A stretch of DNA of 53,269 nt. It comes from Gracilinanus agilis. Taxonomy: Eukaryota. Below the pieces are notes generated by a model, which was not told where the DNA came from, searched no databases, and saw only the letters and a program-made list of their open reading frames with translations. The translations under genes were made by a program, and so were the position numbers. How positions within the stretch are numbered: the first letter of the stretch is position 1; each line of letters opens with the position of its first letter. The DNA lies in the NCBI RefSeq assembly GCF_016433145.1, contig NC_058130.1:767559816-767613084 (forward strand), written 5' to 3'. Below, in pieces: positions 13,681-25,972 of the stretch.

Positions 13681-14835
13681 TATTATGTTTTTTTTAAGAG
13701 CTTTTATAAATTTGAATTTCAGGATCTGTGTTTCGTGGCAGGCATGTGGGCTCTGTCAATATTTCCACAAAGAATGTCCTATAATCAGGGCGCAGAGTCG
13801 TACCGTAGATACCAAATAATTATCCTGTTTAATAGAAGGTTAAACAGCTCTCTGATTCATGCATTTTCAAGTTAATCTCTGCTATGGTCATTAGAGTGTG
13901 TAAAACAACAATCATTTCAAGAAGCATTTACTAAGTGTAGGTTCTGCGTAGCCAGGCACTGGGCTGGTTGGAAGGGAGGGAGAATCCCAAAATCAAATAG
14001 TTTCGATGAACAAGTATTTGTTTTTCCTCATTTCTCTTTCTCCTCCTCCCTCCCCCCTCCAAAAAAAACCCCAACAAAATCCTTATCACATAAGCATCGT
14101 CCAGCAAAATATGCTCCTTCGTGGTTAGTGTCCAAAAGGGTGTTTTATCCCTCATATTTTGCCCATTGCTTCTCTCCCATTCTAATGGGAGGAGACAACA
14201 CAAATGGAAGGTCCCAGCCTCTACTCTGCTAGGAAGTCCTGAAGCAGCAAGCCTTGGGGTTCCTGCTCTTGCTGGGGCTCTTGGGTTGGCCATCCCAGGC
14301 TGTGTCCGCCATGTTCATGGTGGTGGTCCATTCTGCCTTCTGCCTCTCCCTCAGGGTGTCTTGCTGCTTTGCCTGCCTCATCGAGGACAGCTGGTCTGTA
14401 GTTGGGAAGGGAGGGTGGTGGCAGGGAGAATGGCCCCTTTTCCTGGTGTGCTCCCAGATTCCTGTTGGAGTCTTAGGCAAATGAGGGTCTTGGAGACAAA
14501 GGTATGGGGGCAGTCTGTACTTTGGGCCAAGTTCTTTGTCTTTGCTGGCCTTTTTATGTGGAATTCAGCTCCTCAAAACCTCTGAAACCCTTCCATGGTG
14601 TGGAATGTTTCCTCTTTATCTAAAAGGGCTTAATCCTTACATTGCATTGTCTCTATCTTCATCACTTACCACCTTCCTCTTCTCTGAAGTTAAGCATCCT
14701 CCCTTACATCCTCCCCTCAGTAAAAAAAAATTGCAGTCCCTGTAGATTACTTGGGTGTTCAAAATAGCATACAGATATCGATCAATAAACATTTGTTTAG
14801 CATCTACTATGTGACATTAGCATTTCTTTTTTTTT

Positions 14836-15158
14836 TTAACCCTCACCTTCTACCTTAGAATCAATACTATGTATTGGTTCCACGGCAGAAGAGAGGTAAG
14901 GGCTGGGCAATGGGGGTCAAGTGACTTGCCCAGGGTCACACAGCTAATGAGTGTGATTCATACAAGTTAAACCCTCAACTTCTATCTTAGAATTAATACT
15001 GTGTATTGGTTCTAAGGCAGAAGAGAGGTAAGGGCTAGGCAATGGGGGTCAAGTGACTTGCCCAGGGTCACACAGCTAGGACATGTCTGAGGCCAGGTTT
15101 GAACCTAGGACTTCCCATTTCCGGCCCTGGCTCTCAATCCACTGAGCCACCCAGCTGC
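14836..15158 (-). mobile_element. Two tandem SINE1_Mdo-type copies
   Basis: Copies at about 14836-14946 (partial) and 14968-15158. Confidence 0.85.
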
Positions 15159-15865
15159 CAGCATTTCTAATAAATAGTTACTATAGTTAATACAGTTTCA
15201 GTACAAAGTATAATTTTGTTAATCAGTTATGTCTGACTTTTTTGTGACCCCATTTGGGGTTTTCTTAGCAGAGATACCAGAGTGGTTCAGCATTTCTTTC
15301 TCCAGCTCATTTTTACAGATGAGGAAACTGAGACTAACAGGGTTTAGTATTCTATATTCTGTAAAGTTTTATCTCTCTATTAGACTGTAACTCTTCAAGG
15401 AGAAGGAAAGGCAAGGATCTGTCTGACATCCTCTCCATTATCTTTATTGTTTGGTTTTTTTCCCTCACCTTCCGTCTTGGAATCAATACTATGTATTGGT
15501 TCCAAGGCAGAAGAGTGATAAAGGGTAGGCAATGGGGGTCAAATGACTTGCCCAGGGTCACATAGCTAGTATGTGTCCGAGGCCAGATTTAAATTAGAAA
15601 GATGAGTCTTGCTGACTCCAGGCTCAGCCAGTACACTATCCGCTGCACCATCTAGCTGCCCCACCTGGCACATAGTAGGTATTGAATAAATGGTTATAGA
15701 TTGACACAAGTGCCAACAATTCTCCTAGGATTACAGCAGGAAGTAATAACATTGTCTTTTAGATCCTTAGAACAAAGACCACTTTTCTTGATCACGTCTT
15801 CCTCTATCTAGAGTCAATGAAATTGTTCTTTTTTTTTTTAAGGGTCACCTCTTTTTTTAAGTGAT

Positions 15866-16056
15866 AATAATGCCTAAATTAATTTATTCAGTGTCATATG
15901 GTAAAATTACCAAAGAATTATTTTATGAAGCTAGAAAAAAAATAACATCAAAAGCCAATATCAAAACACATGACAGAAAAACATCAGAAATCTTAAAGGT
16001 AAATAACGTAAAAAAGTTAGAAGGAAAATGGTTTATCAATACCAGATATCAAACTA
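15866..16056 (+). mobile_element. Degenerate L1 ORF2 fragment
   Basis: Translates IMPKLIYSVS..KITKELFYE, resembling L1 ORF2 ILPKLIYLFSAIPIKLPKNYF, and ends in ACCAGATATCAAACTAT (PDLKLY-like). Confidence 0.65.
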
Positions 16057-16079
16057 TGCTGGTTTTGTTTGATTATTTT

Positions 16080-16330
16080 AGTCATGTTAAGGGTCATCTC
16101 TTGACCAAGATGCCCAACGCCTTCAAAGCCATAACATGAACATTCTGGAGTAACATCAACTGTCTTCTGGTACCCCAGGTGAGGTTCATTACAATCCAGT
16201 ACAGTATGGCATTACCATTGCAGGGCTCCAAATTCTGCCACTGTCTTAATTCCTTCTAAGGAATAACCTTGAGGTCCTAAGAGTCAACCCCTCTCTTGAT
16301 CACTTCTGTTACTTCTTGTATTCTTTCATC
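16080..16330 (-). mobile_element. Degenerate L2/CR1-clade LINE ORF2 C-terminal fragment
   Basis: Minus strand gives LDCN and LLQN segments, resembling the L2 LDYCN and LQLVQN motifs. Confidence 0.45.
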
Positions 16331-16873
16331 ACACCTTTATACTATCTACCAATCAACCAATGCCAAGAGGACTGGTTTGATGCAACAAAATTTCCATCTC
16401 CTGGTGGTATCCCTTTGGGTGGATGTCCCAAGGGCTTACCCATGCTTCTACCCAATCGAGAATCACCTCTGGGTATCACAGAGAGCCTTTCCTACCTTCT
16501 TTGGGGTTTCACCATAACTTAAATGTCATGACCCTACAGGGTAGGGCATCTTTGTCCCCATCAGGCTTTCTTGGCCAGTATCATGTGCTGAATTCATGGC
16601 CTGTTGGTGCTGCTACTCAGCTCTGGCGTCCAGTATCCGACATGGCACCAGTCAAAATGTGTCGATGGATTGTTGCCTATTTGCAATTGAAAATAAGCTC
16701 CATGTGCATAGTCTTCGAACATTCTGCTTCGAAGCTGAGAATTTGTTTGTGTGCAGGACACGGAGCCTCGCTGGCGATGAGTCTTTGACTGATGAAGGCA
16801 TTAGCTTTTTGGTGACCATCATTGTTTTGGCTGGAGCTGCTCCCAAGCCTTTCAAGCTAGCATTTGTATCTAG

Positions 16874-17086
16874 CCGTGTTGGTGAACCTGTGGCACGTGT
16901 GCTGGAGGGGGCTGCTCCCTCCCCCTCTCCACTGCCCCTAAAGACATTTCTCCCATTACCCACCTCTCTGCCAAGCATCCCAGGGGGAGCACTTCTTCCC
17001 TCCCCTGTCTGGGGTAAGGTAGGGGCTCACACAAGGTGTGAAGGTTGTAGTTGGGCACTTGGTCTCTAAAAGGTTCGCCATCACTG
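16874..17086. mobile_element. OC1/OposCharlie-like hAT MITE (213 bp)
   Basis: Right end AAAAGGTTCGCCATCACTG is the reverse complement of CAGTGATGGCGAACCT. Left end CCGTGTTGGTGAACCT is degenerate. TSD weak. Confidence 0.75.
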
Positions 17087-17898
17087 GTATAAACATACAG
17101 GGTTTTCTCAGGTTTGCAAAGGCCAACACTGGTGCATGCATGTGGCAGGTGTCCAGATCTTTAAAAGGCCCTCCACATTTCTCACATCAAGGGTTTCCAA
17201 ATGGCTTCCATAAGCTTAAGCCAGCTGACCTTTCTTTTCTTTCTCAAACAATGACGACAATAAATAAAAATGACTATTTGTAGAGCATTTTAAGGTTTGC
17301 AAAAATGCTTTCCAATCATTATCTCCTTTTTTCCCTGATAGAAACTCTGGGAGGTTGGAGTTATTATTAACCCAATTTTATGGATAGAAAAACTGAGGTA
17401 GACATAAGGTAAGCGATATGTCCAGGGTCACAGAGGCAGTATTTGTCATTGGATTTGAATTCGGGTCTTCCTGCTACCAGACCCAGCATTCTCTATTTAC
17501 TATGCTTCCTAGCTGCCTGTTCTGCTTTAAACTATGAGTCTCTTTAGAGCAAGGACTGTTTTTTCCTTATAAATCCAATATTTGGCATAGCACTTGGCAC
17601 ATAGTAGGTTTTTAATAGAGCAATGATGCTTGTTGACTTGTCTTCTTGTTTCTGTTTTTTTCTCATCCCAGTGAAATCAGTGATTGATGAGAGAATTAGC
17701 AAAAACAATATAGTCCTTCACAAATTTGCCATAGTAGCTATCAGAAACTAAAAAATTTGGTGGGGGGGAGGGTGGGCAGCTAGGTGGCTCAGTTGACAGA
17801 GAGCCAGTCCTGGAGAAGGGAGATCCTGGCTGTGTGACCCTGGGCAAGTCCCTTAACCCCCCATTGCCTAGCCCTTACCACTCTTCTGCCTTGGAAGC

Positions 17899-18128
17899 TG
17901 TAAAGATTAAAATCAACATCCAATATTCTAAGTATTATATTTAATAAGTTTTTTGTCAACAATAACTAACATAAAAAACTAGCTAATCCAGCCCTGGTTG
18001 CGAAGGAAGAGAGCGAGAGGGAGGGGTTACAGAACTTATAAACAATTACGTGAAGATGCAAACTTATACAATGGGAAAAGCATTCTGGGTAATGTAGTTT
18101 ATGGGGTTCGAGATTTTCTAACTATACA
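17899..18128 (-). mobile_element. Short solo-LTR-like insertion (230 bp) nested in a SINE
   Basis: TGTA...TACA termini and 4-bp TSD AAGC (17895-17898, 18129-18132). The host SINE resumes exactly across it. TATAAG and ATTAAA are present on the minus strand. Confidence 0.8.
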
Positions 18129-18483
18129 AAGCAATACAGAGTATTGATGCTTAGATGGAAGGTTTAAGAGTTTAAAAAAAAACAACAACAAAAAAGCTTC
18201 AGCCAAGTCACTCTAGTGCAGTCAGAATACGGAGAGTCCTTGTCAGTTGGACCTCCTGACTCTTTCATAGGCTTCAGTAGAATTTTCCTTGTGTCACTCC
18301 ATGTAGGGGTAAGAGGGAGAGAGTTGACAAGAGCTTAGAAAAAGACAGATTTTTGTCCTCTGGCTTCCAGTTTTGAGAGAGGAGACTCAGTGGCACATAG
18401 TGGTCACCTAGAGGCTAGTCTTCACTATCGGTTCTGTGCAGAGGGCTAAGCTGGTATGAACACTATCATTAAAAACAATAAAA

Positions 18484-18690
18484 GGGGCAGCTGGGTGGCT
18501 CAGTGGATTGAGAGTCAGGCCTAGAGATGGGAGGTCCTGGGTTCAAATCTGCCCTCAGACACTTCCCAGCTGTGTGACCCTGGGCAAGTCACTTGACCCC
18601 CCCCATTGCCTACCCTTTACCACTCTTCTGCCTTGGAGCCAAAACACAGTATTGACTCTAAGACGGAAGGTAAGGGTTTAAAAAACAAAC
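18484..18690 (+). mobile_element. SINE1_Mdo-type SINE (probable source of the local duplication)
   Basis: Full head-CORE-tail. TSD-like AAACAATAAA (18473-18482) and AAACAATGAA (18691-18700). Confidence 0.88.
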
Positions 18691-19889
18691 AAACAATGAA
18701 GATAATGGAGAGGCTATCAGACAGATCCTTGCCTTTCCTTCCCCTTGAAGAGTTACAGTCTAATAGAGAAATAAGACTTGACAGAATATAGAATACACAA
18801 TAATACTTTGATTCACTTTAATTTCTTTATTACAAATAGTCATGGCCTGCCAGGCACCCTGCTAGGTGTCAGGGACACAAAGACAAAAAAGATATCAGTC
18901 CTTACCCTAGAAGAGCTTCCATTCTCCCGGTACATAAAACGATACAAAAAGAATAGTAAGCAATGTAGCAAAAGATAAACTGTGACTCTAAATGTTGTAG
19001 GAATTCTGATGAAGAGAAGAATAATGAAGGCCAGAGTAGATAAGGAAGTTTACAAGATGGAGGTGAGAACGGAGGGCCTGGAAGCATGGATGGAGGGCCT
19101 TTGGACAGATGAAGTGGAGTCGAGATGGATCTGGTCAAGGGGAGTGAAAGGAGCGAAGGCACCTCGTCACGGAGAGTCTGACTGTGTCCGTCAGCCTCGT
19201 GGGGCCTCCTTCATGCTGGCCTTCTCAGATGTCCTGTGTGGCTACAGAGACGAGAAGAATATTAGCCAAGGGCCGGGAGTCTGAGATTCCAGGCCGGCTC
19301 CTTTGGTGTCTTCTTAGGTGACCCTTGGCTGCAGCCCATGCCTGCCACGTAGCAGCTGATGTTGGAGAAATGTTCGCCGGTGGTTTGTTCTTCCTTTTTG
19401 AAGAGGACCAGCGGCACGAGGTGACGTCTTGACTCTCAAGTGAATTGGATTGAAGCGAGGCAGAATTGCATGGACATCAGCCTCAGTCTCTCTCCCAGAG
19501 TTAGCCAGTGACCGGTGATGATGCCCCGGGATGCAGTCATAGATTGATTTCCCTCTCTGAGTCTTAACTTTTTTTTTTTTTCCATCTAATGAAACCAGTA
19601 AGTTGCATTGGATGATTTCTTTCCTTAAAGTAGATTTTATCGATTCATTTATATGAATTTATATGATTTCCCAAGAATCTCTTCCTCTTCTTTTCCCAGA
19701 AAGCCATCCTTTATGTCAAAGCATTTTTTAAGAAAGAAAAAAAATTCAGCAAAATCAATCAAGACATTAAAAAAAATCTGTTCTATGCAGGTTCCCATAT
19801 CCAAGGATCCTTCGCCTCTACAAAAGAGGGGCCAGGGAGAAGGAAGAATATTTTCTCCTAGCTCTTCTTTGGGGCCAATCCTATTCTTT

Positions 19890-20098
19890 TTTTTTTTTTT
19901 TTAAACCCTCACCTTCCATCTTGGAATCAATACTGTGTATTGGCTCCAAGGCAGAAGAGTGGTAAAGGGTAGGCAATGGGGGTCAAGTGACTTGCCCAGG
20001 GTCACACAGCTGGGAAGTGTCTGAGGCCAGATTTGAATCCAGGACCTCCCATCTCTAGGCCTGACTCTCAATCCACTGAGCTACCCAGCTGCCCCCCA
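19890..20098 (-). mobile_element. SINE1_Mdo-type SINE with 16-bp TSD
   Basis: TSD GCCAATCCTATTCTTT at 19874-19889 and 20099-20114. Confidence 0.9.
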
Positions 20099-21139
20099 GC
20101 CAATCCTATTCTTTATAATTCTAAAGCATTCCCTTGTGGTTGATGAATTGGGTATCCTGTTTTCCGGGTTCTGCCTACTTCACCTTGTATCAGTTCACTA
20201 AAGCTTTCCCACACTTCTCTCTGTTCATCTCGTTATTTATTTGTTGTCATCATTATAGCAGTTTCTCACAGCCCAAAACATTCTGTGCCACCGCGGTCTG
20301 GTTAGCCCTTTCCCAACCTGTAAATATGGACTCTGTTTCTAGCTCTTTGGGCGTATGGAAGAGTAGAGAAGGCTGACGGCAGGTGATCTGGGTTCCATTA
20401 GTCCTAGCAAACCCTCGGACCCGGAGTCAGTTCTCTGGGCTGGTGGTCTTCCATCTTCCTTTCGGCTCTAATGTTCTCTGCTGTTAGGTCTCTCCCAGCT
20501 CTGAAGGTCCCTGTTCTGAAGTCCTTCCCGGCTCTGACTTTCCATACTCTCAGGTCCCTCTCCGGCCTTCTCTGTTGCAGGGTCCGTTCCAGACCAGACA
20601 TCCCATGATTCTTTAGCTCCGTCCATTAGGGCTGAATGGGAAAGCATCCCACAGTGAATCTGCTGGTGGATTCTCCTCCCAAATGCCCACAATCAATCTC
20701 TCTCCACCCCTCTGTGTCTAGGTTGCCGCCTCCCCTCCACGAGCCTCTCCGTTGCTGGTGATGGCCATTTGCCTTGCCCAGGACTCTCTGTGTGCCTTCC
20801 CCTGGCCCTGCTCCCTGCCCCTGGTAGGATGGTCAGTGCCCCTGCCTGCCTGGGGGAAGGGTCAGCAGGGTCTGGTTGATTCTGTTGGAGAGAGGAAGGG
20901 TCTGACCCAACGCTGCTAGAATCAAGGCCTCCAGACGCCTCTCCCTCAAATTTGCACCCTCCCCCAAAGCTCCTTTGACCCAGACAGCCACGTTGAAGGT
21001 CGGGATGCTGTCTGGGTGCTGTGGGTGGAGCCTGCCACCCTCTGGAAGATTGTGGTACTGCAGGCAGGGGATGGGAAAGGAGAAAAATGCAGTTTTAAGA
21101 GCAGGAAGAGACTGTTCCAATGCCTTCTTCTTCTTCTTT

Positions 21140-21965
21140 TTTTTTTTTTAACCCCTCACTTTCCATCTTAGAATCAATACCATGTACTGGTTCCAAGGCA
21201 GAAGAGTGGTAAGGGTAGGCAATGGGGGTTAAGTGACTTGCCCAGAGTCATACAGCTAGGAAGTGTCTGAGGTCAAACTTGAACCCAAGACCTTCCATCT
21301 CTGGGCCTGACTCTCAATCCACTGAGCCACCCAGCTGCTCCCCAATGCCTTCATTTTTATAGATATGCATTTGGCCCAGTGCCTGGCACTATGTAAATGT
21401 TAGCTATTATTATTCATCTGTAAAATGAGGGCATTGAGTGTGACCCTGGGCAAGTCACTTGACCTCCATTGCCTACTCTTAACACTCTTCTGCCTTGGAG
21501 CCAATACACAGTATTGACTCCAAGAGGGAAGGTGAGGGTTTAAAAAAATGAGGGCATTGAACTAGATGGCTTCTGAGGTCCCTTCTATCTCCAGCTTTGG
21601 AAGGGTATGAATACCAGCCACTGGCACCAGCTTAGCACACCTTCAGGACGAGGCCATGGAATCCTTAGCCCCTGCCCAGGGCTCTTCTGCCATAGTTTAG
21701 CTCCTAAGATCATATACATTGAGCTGGGACCTTAGAGATCACCTAACCACTACCCCCCCTTTTTTTTTTAATTAAAGATCTTTTCCTTCTGTCTTATAAT
21801 CAATACTATGTATTGGTTCCAAGGCAGCTGAGTGGTAAGAGCTAGATAATGGGAGTCAAGTGACTTGCCCAGGGTCACACAGCTGGGAAGTGTCTGAGGC
21901 CAGATTTGAACTCAGGACCTCCCATCTCCAGGTCTGACTCTTTATCCCCTGAGCTACCCAGCTAT
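21140..21965. mobile_element. Three SINE1_Mdo-type copies with MIR fragments
   Basis: Copies at about 21140-21342 (-), 21447-21545 (+, partial) and 21770-21965 (-). Confidence 0.82.
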
Positions 21966-22318
21966 TCCTTCTTCCTTTTATAAATGAGGGAAAGGGACTT
22001 GCCTGAAGTCTTGCAGAGCCAGGAGGAGTTAGAACCCAAGTCTCCCAGCTCCAAGTCATGAAACGTGACCAGGGGCCAGCTCAAAATTCGGCCCTGGGCT
22101 AATGGGGATATTATTGGGGATGTAGACACTAAACGATAACTCTAGTCCAACTATCAGTAATATGGAATTAGGGCTTAATCAATGATACATGTAAAACCAG
22201 TGGAATGGTGCGTCGGCTAAGGGAGGGGTGGGAGGGCTTGGGGAGAGGGAAAGAACATGAAACATGTAACTAGGGGAAAATATTCAAAATAAAAACTTTT
22301 TAAAAAATTCAGCCCTGG

Positions 22319-22495
22319 GCAGCTGGGTAGCTCAGTGGAGTGAGAGTCGGGCCTAGAGACAGGAGGTCCTGGGTTCAAACCCGGCCTCAGCTACTTCCCA
22401 GCTGTGTGACCCTGGGCAAGTCACTTGACCCCCATTGCACACCCTTACCACTCTTCCACCTATGAGACAATACACCGAAGTACAAGGGTTTAAAA
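22319..22495 (+). mobile_element. SINE1_Mdo-type CORE-SINE, young, with 17-bp TSD
   Basis: tRNA-like head GGGCAGCTGGGTAGCTCAGTGG, CORE, A-tail. TSD AAAAAATTCAGCCCTGG at 22302-22318 and 22496-22512. Confidence 0.9.
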
Positions 22496-22950
22496 AAAAA
22501 ATTCAGCCCTGGCTCTTTTCTCACAGCCACCCTAGCTCGGCATTGGGATTTGATGAAGGCAGTGATGACTCTGGGCTGGGTGGAACAAAAGACACAAAGG
22601 AAACTGGGTGTGTTCCCAGGATGCCAAAGCATTTGTTCAACAAATATTGGTTGCCCAGTTTAGATATGCCTGTGAGGTGCTCAGGTATATATAGGTGTGT
22701 TGGTGCTGATGTGGGGTTTGGGGGAAAAGTAGGATGAAAAAGAAGGCCAGGAACAATCCTGCTCTGCTTTGCCATCTGGGCGGTGATACAAGGCATAGGT
22801 AGAAGGAAAAATAACAAGTAAGGAAGGATACAAGACATTTAGGTCTTCAATGGGAGGGCAGAAATTTAATAGTGATAAATATAAAATCTTGGGTTCAAAG
22901 ACTTCAGGAGTATGAGATTTGGGATGGACAGTTAGAAAGTGGTTTGTCCA

Positions 22951-23139
22951 GGGGCAGCTGGGTAGCTCAGTGGATTGAGAGTCAGGCCTAGAGATGGGAG
23001 GTCCTGGGTTCAAATCCGGCCTCAGACACTTCCCAGCTGTGTGACCCTGGGCAAGTCACTTGACCCCCATTGCCCACCCTTACCACTCTTCCACCTAGGA
23101 GCCAATACACAGAAGTTAAGGGTTTAAAAAATAAAAAAT
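22951..23139 (+). mobile_element. SINE1_Mdo-type SINE with 15-bp TSD
   Basis: TSD AAAGTGGTTTGTCCA at 22936-22950 and 23140-23154. Confidence 0.9.
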
Positions 23140-24572
23140 AAAGTGGTTTGTCCAAAAAAAGATGTAGAGGTCTTGTTGGGTTACTGGATCAATATAGGTC
23201 AACAGTGTGATGTGGCTGCCAAAGGGAAAAGGAAGGAATAGACATTAGAGAGCACCTACTATGTGCCAGGCACTGTGTTCTGAGCTTTAAATAAGATCCC
23301 ATCTAGGACAATCCCCAAGGATGCCTGACGAAAAATTCCATTCGCCCCCAGAGAAAGAACTTATGGAGCCTGAATGCAGATCGAGACATATTATATTTCA
23401 CTTTCTTTCTTCATTTGTTTGTTTGAGTTCTCCTCCCCAGAAAGACTATTATGAAAAACGTTTTACATTATTGCATCTATAAAATCAATATCAGAGTGCT
23501 TGCCGTCTTGGGGAGAGGATGGAAGGATGGGGAGAATTTGGCTCAAACTTTTAAAAAATGGAGGTTACATTTTTTTTCATATAATGGAGGGAAAAATAAA
23601 TGATTAAAAAACCAAATATGATCTCATTTGAGCTATTATTATCCTCATGTTATAACTGAGGAAACTGAGGCAGGCAGAGCCACCTGGCTGCCAAGAAAGG
23701 TAATTCCATTTTCAGCTAGCTTAAGAGGCCTCTGGAGATATCCCAATGTCCCCTGCCTGGATCAGACTCCATCTGGAGTATTACGTTAAGCTCTAGGCAC
23801 CATGTTTTAGGATGGACTTTGATATATTGGAGAATTGTCCAGAGAAGGGCAGCCAGCATAACGAAGGGTCTGGAGATCATGCCATCTGGGGGTCGTTTGA
23901 AGTAACGGGTTTACTTCAAAGTAAGTAGCTGGATTGTTCAATGGATAGAGGACCAGAATGAGAATCAGATTGAGCTGGAATCCATCCTCAGCCACTTACT
24001 ACCTGTGTGACTGTGGGCAAAGTCATTTTTCTTCTCTTGGCCTCAGTTTCCTCAATTGTAAAATGGGGATCAAAAAAGCAGCTACCTTTCAGGGATCTTG
24101 TGAGATTCCAATGAAAACTTAAAGCCCAATATAAGTGCTGGGTATTATTATTTTTGGAGAAGAGAACACTTAAGTGCGTGTGCCTATGGGAATAATAACT
24201 GTCTTGACATATTGAAAGGCTGTCACATGGAAGAGGGATTAGATTTGTTCTTCGTGGCCCCTGAGGGCAGAACTAGGAGCTGTGGGTGGAAGTTGGCAGA
24301 ACCAGATTTAGAGTCAATAATAGCTAGCATTTATTTATACTGTGTTTTAAGGCTTGCGAAAGGTTTGACATGGGTTATCTCATTGGATTTTCAGAGCAAC
24401 CCTGGGAAGTAGGTGCTATCATTATACCCATTTTACAGATGAAAACTGAGGTTGAGAGAGGTCCATTGCCAATGAGTGCTATCCCACTACCTGGCTAGGG
24501 AAATAATGGGTTCCTTTTCCCTGGAGGTTCTACAGCAAAATCCGGATGACCTTTCCTTCAAGTAGTTTTGTT

Positions 24573-24775
24573 TTGTTTTGTTTTGTTTTTTATTTTTTAA
24601 ACCCTTAACTTCTGTGTATTGGCTCCAAGGCAGAAGAGTGGTAAGGGTGGGCAATGGGGGTCAAGTGACTTGCCCAGGGTCACCCAGCTGGGAAGTGTCT
24701 GAGGCCGTATTTGAACCTAGGACCTCCTGTCTCTAGGCCTGGCTCTCAATCCACTGAGCTACCCAGCTGCCCCCT
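24573..24775 (-). mobile_element. SINE1_Mdo-type SINE with 18-bp TSD
   Basis: TSD CCTTCAAGTAGTTTTGTT at 24555-24572 and 24776-24793. Confidence 0.9.
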
Positions 24776-25012
24776 CCTTCAAGTAGTTTTGTTGTTGTTC
24801 AGTCTTTTTAGTTGTGTCCAACTCTCTGTCACTCCATTTAGGGTTTTCTTGGCACGGAGACTAAAGTGGTTGGTCATTTCCTTCTCCAGCTCTCTTTATA
24901 GATAAGGAAATTGAGGCCAACAGGATTAAATGATTTGCCCACTGTCACATAGCTAGTATATGTCTGAGGCCAGAATTGAACTCAGGAAGATGAAGTCTTC
25001 CTGACTCTAGGG

Positions 25013-25217
25013 CAGGGGTCGGCAAAGTATGGCTCTCAAGCCATATCTGGCTCTTTCGAGGGCCAGATATGGCTCTTTCTGCAGGAGCCACAAAGTCCAT
25101 TTTTTTCAGGCGCTGTTACAGGAGCGGCACTGTGAGCACTGTACGGCGCTTATGAAATTACATTTAAAAAAATGTGGCGTTTATGGCTCTCACGGCCAAA
25201 AAGGTTGCCGACCCCTG
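25013..25217. mobile_element. hAT-superfamily MITE (205 bp) inserted in a Mar1 SINE
   Basis: Perfect 13-bp TIR CAGGGGTCGGCAA. 8-bp TSD CTCTAGGG/CTCTAGGC (25005-25012, 25218-25225). Confidence 0.9.
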
Positions 25218-25972
25218 CTCTAGGCCTAGCACTCTGTGAATTGTGATGCCATCTAGCTGCCCTTCTTCAAGCAGAAGGAATCCTTGATTAGGTAGAAGTT
25301 GGACTAGATGGGTGCTAGTGTTTCTTCTAATTCAGATTTTGTGATTTATGACCCTGGAGGGAAGTCTGGGAGCCAGAATCCCCCAGAACTCAAGCCTCTT
25401 CTGCTTTCCTTCAGTCTCTAAGGAAAGGCTACTAGGTCCACCCTGATCACCCTCTGACAGGGATTGGGTTTGTGCCAGAAAGAATACCAAGATTGGCCTT
25501 AGAAGGCTTGGGAACTGTGTCCCAGAATTGCTACCATTATTTCCCATGTGACCTTGGAATAAGTCATATATCTCCTTTCAGAGATTGTTGCCTTACCTGA
25601 GGCAGTTAAATGAATAGAGAACTAGCCTGGAGTCAGAAAGACTTGAGTTCAAATTCAGCCTCAGATGCTTACTAGCTATTTGACCTTGGAAAATCATTTA
25701 ACCCTGTTTGCCTTAGTTTTCTCATCTGTCAAATGAACTGGAGAATGAAATGGCAGATTGCTCTGGTATCTTTGCCAAGAAAACCCCAAATGGGGGTCAC
25801 AAAGAGTTGAAAACCACTGGGAAAAAAACTGAACAACAACCCAACAGGTGAAGAAACTGAGGCTCAGAAAGTGAAAGCTATTTGCCCAGCTTGACAAAGG
25901 TAATGAAAGGCAGAGATAGGATTTGAACTTAAATCATCTGATTCCAAATCTAGCAGCACTGTTTCCTCTAGC

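Noticed and set aside
13825-13847. 8-bp inverted repeat CTGTTTAA-N7-TTAAACAG
   Set aside because: Short and AT-rich; expected by chance in 53 kb.
14121-14585. GC-richer segment with overlapping ORFs on both strands
   Set aside because: No protein similarity recognised in any frame and no splice-consistent exon. May be an unidentified old repeat.
21003-21023. REST/RE1-like CAGCACC-C-AGACAG on the minus strand
   Set aside because: Spacer is 1 nt instead of 2 and the flanks mismatch. The half-site GACAGCGCC near 11766 also lacks its partner.
22319-22400. tRNA-like A/B boxes
   Set aside because: These are SINE heads. There is no cloverleaf, and I saw no genuine tRNA, rRNA or snRNA gene in the window.
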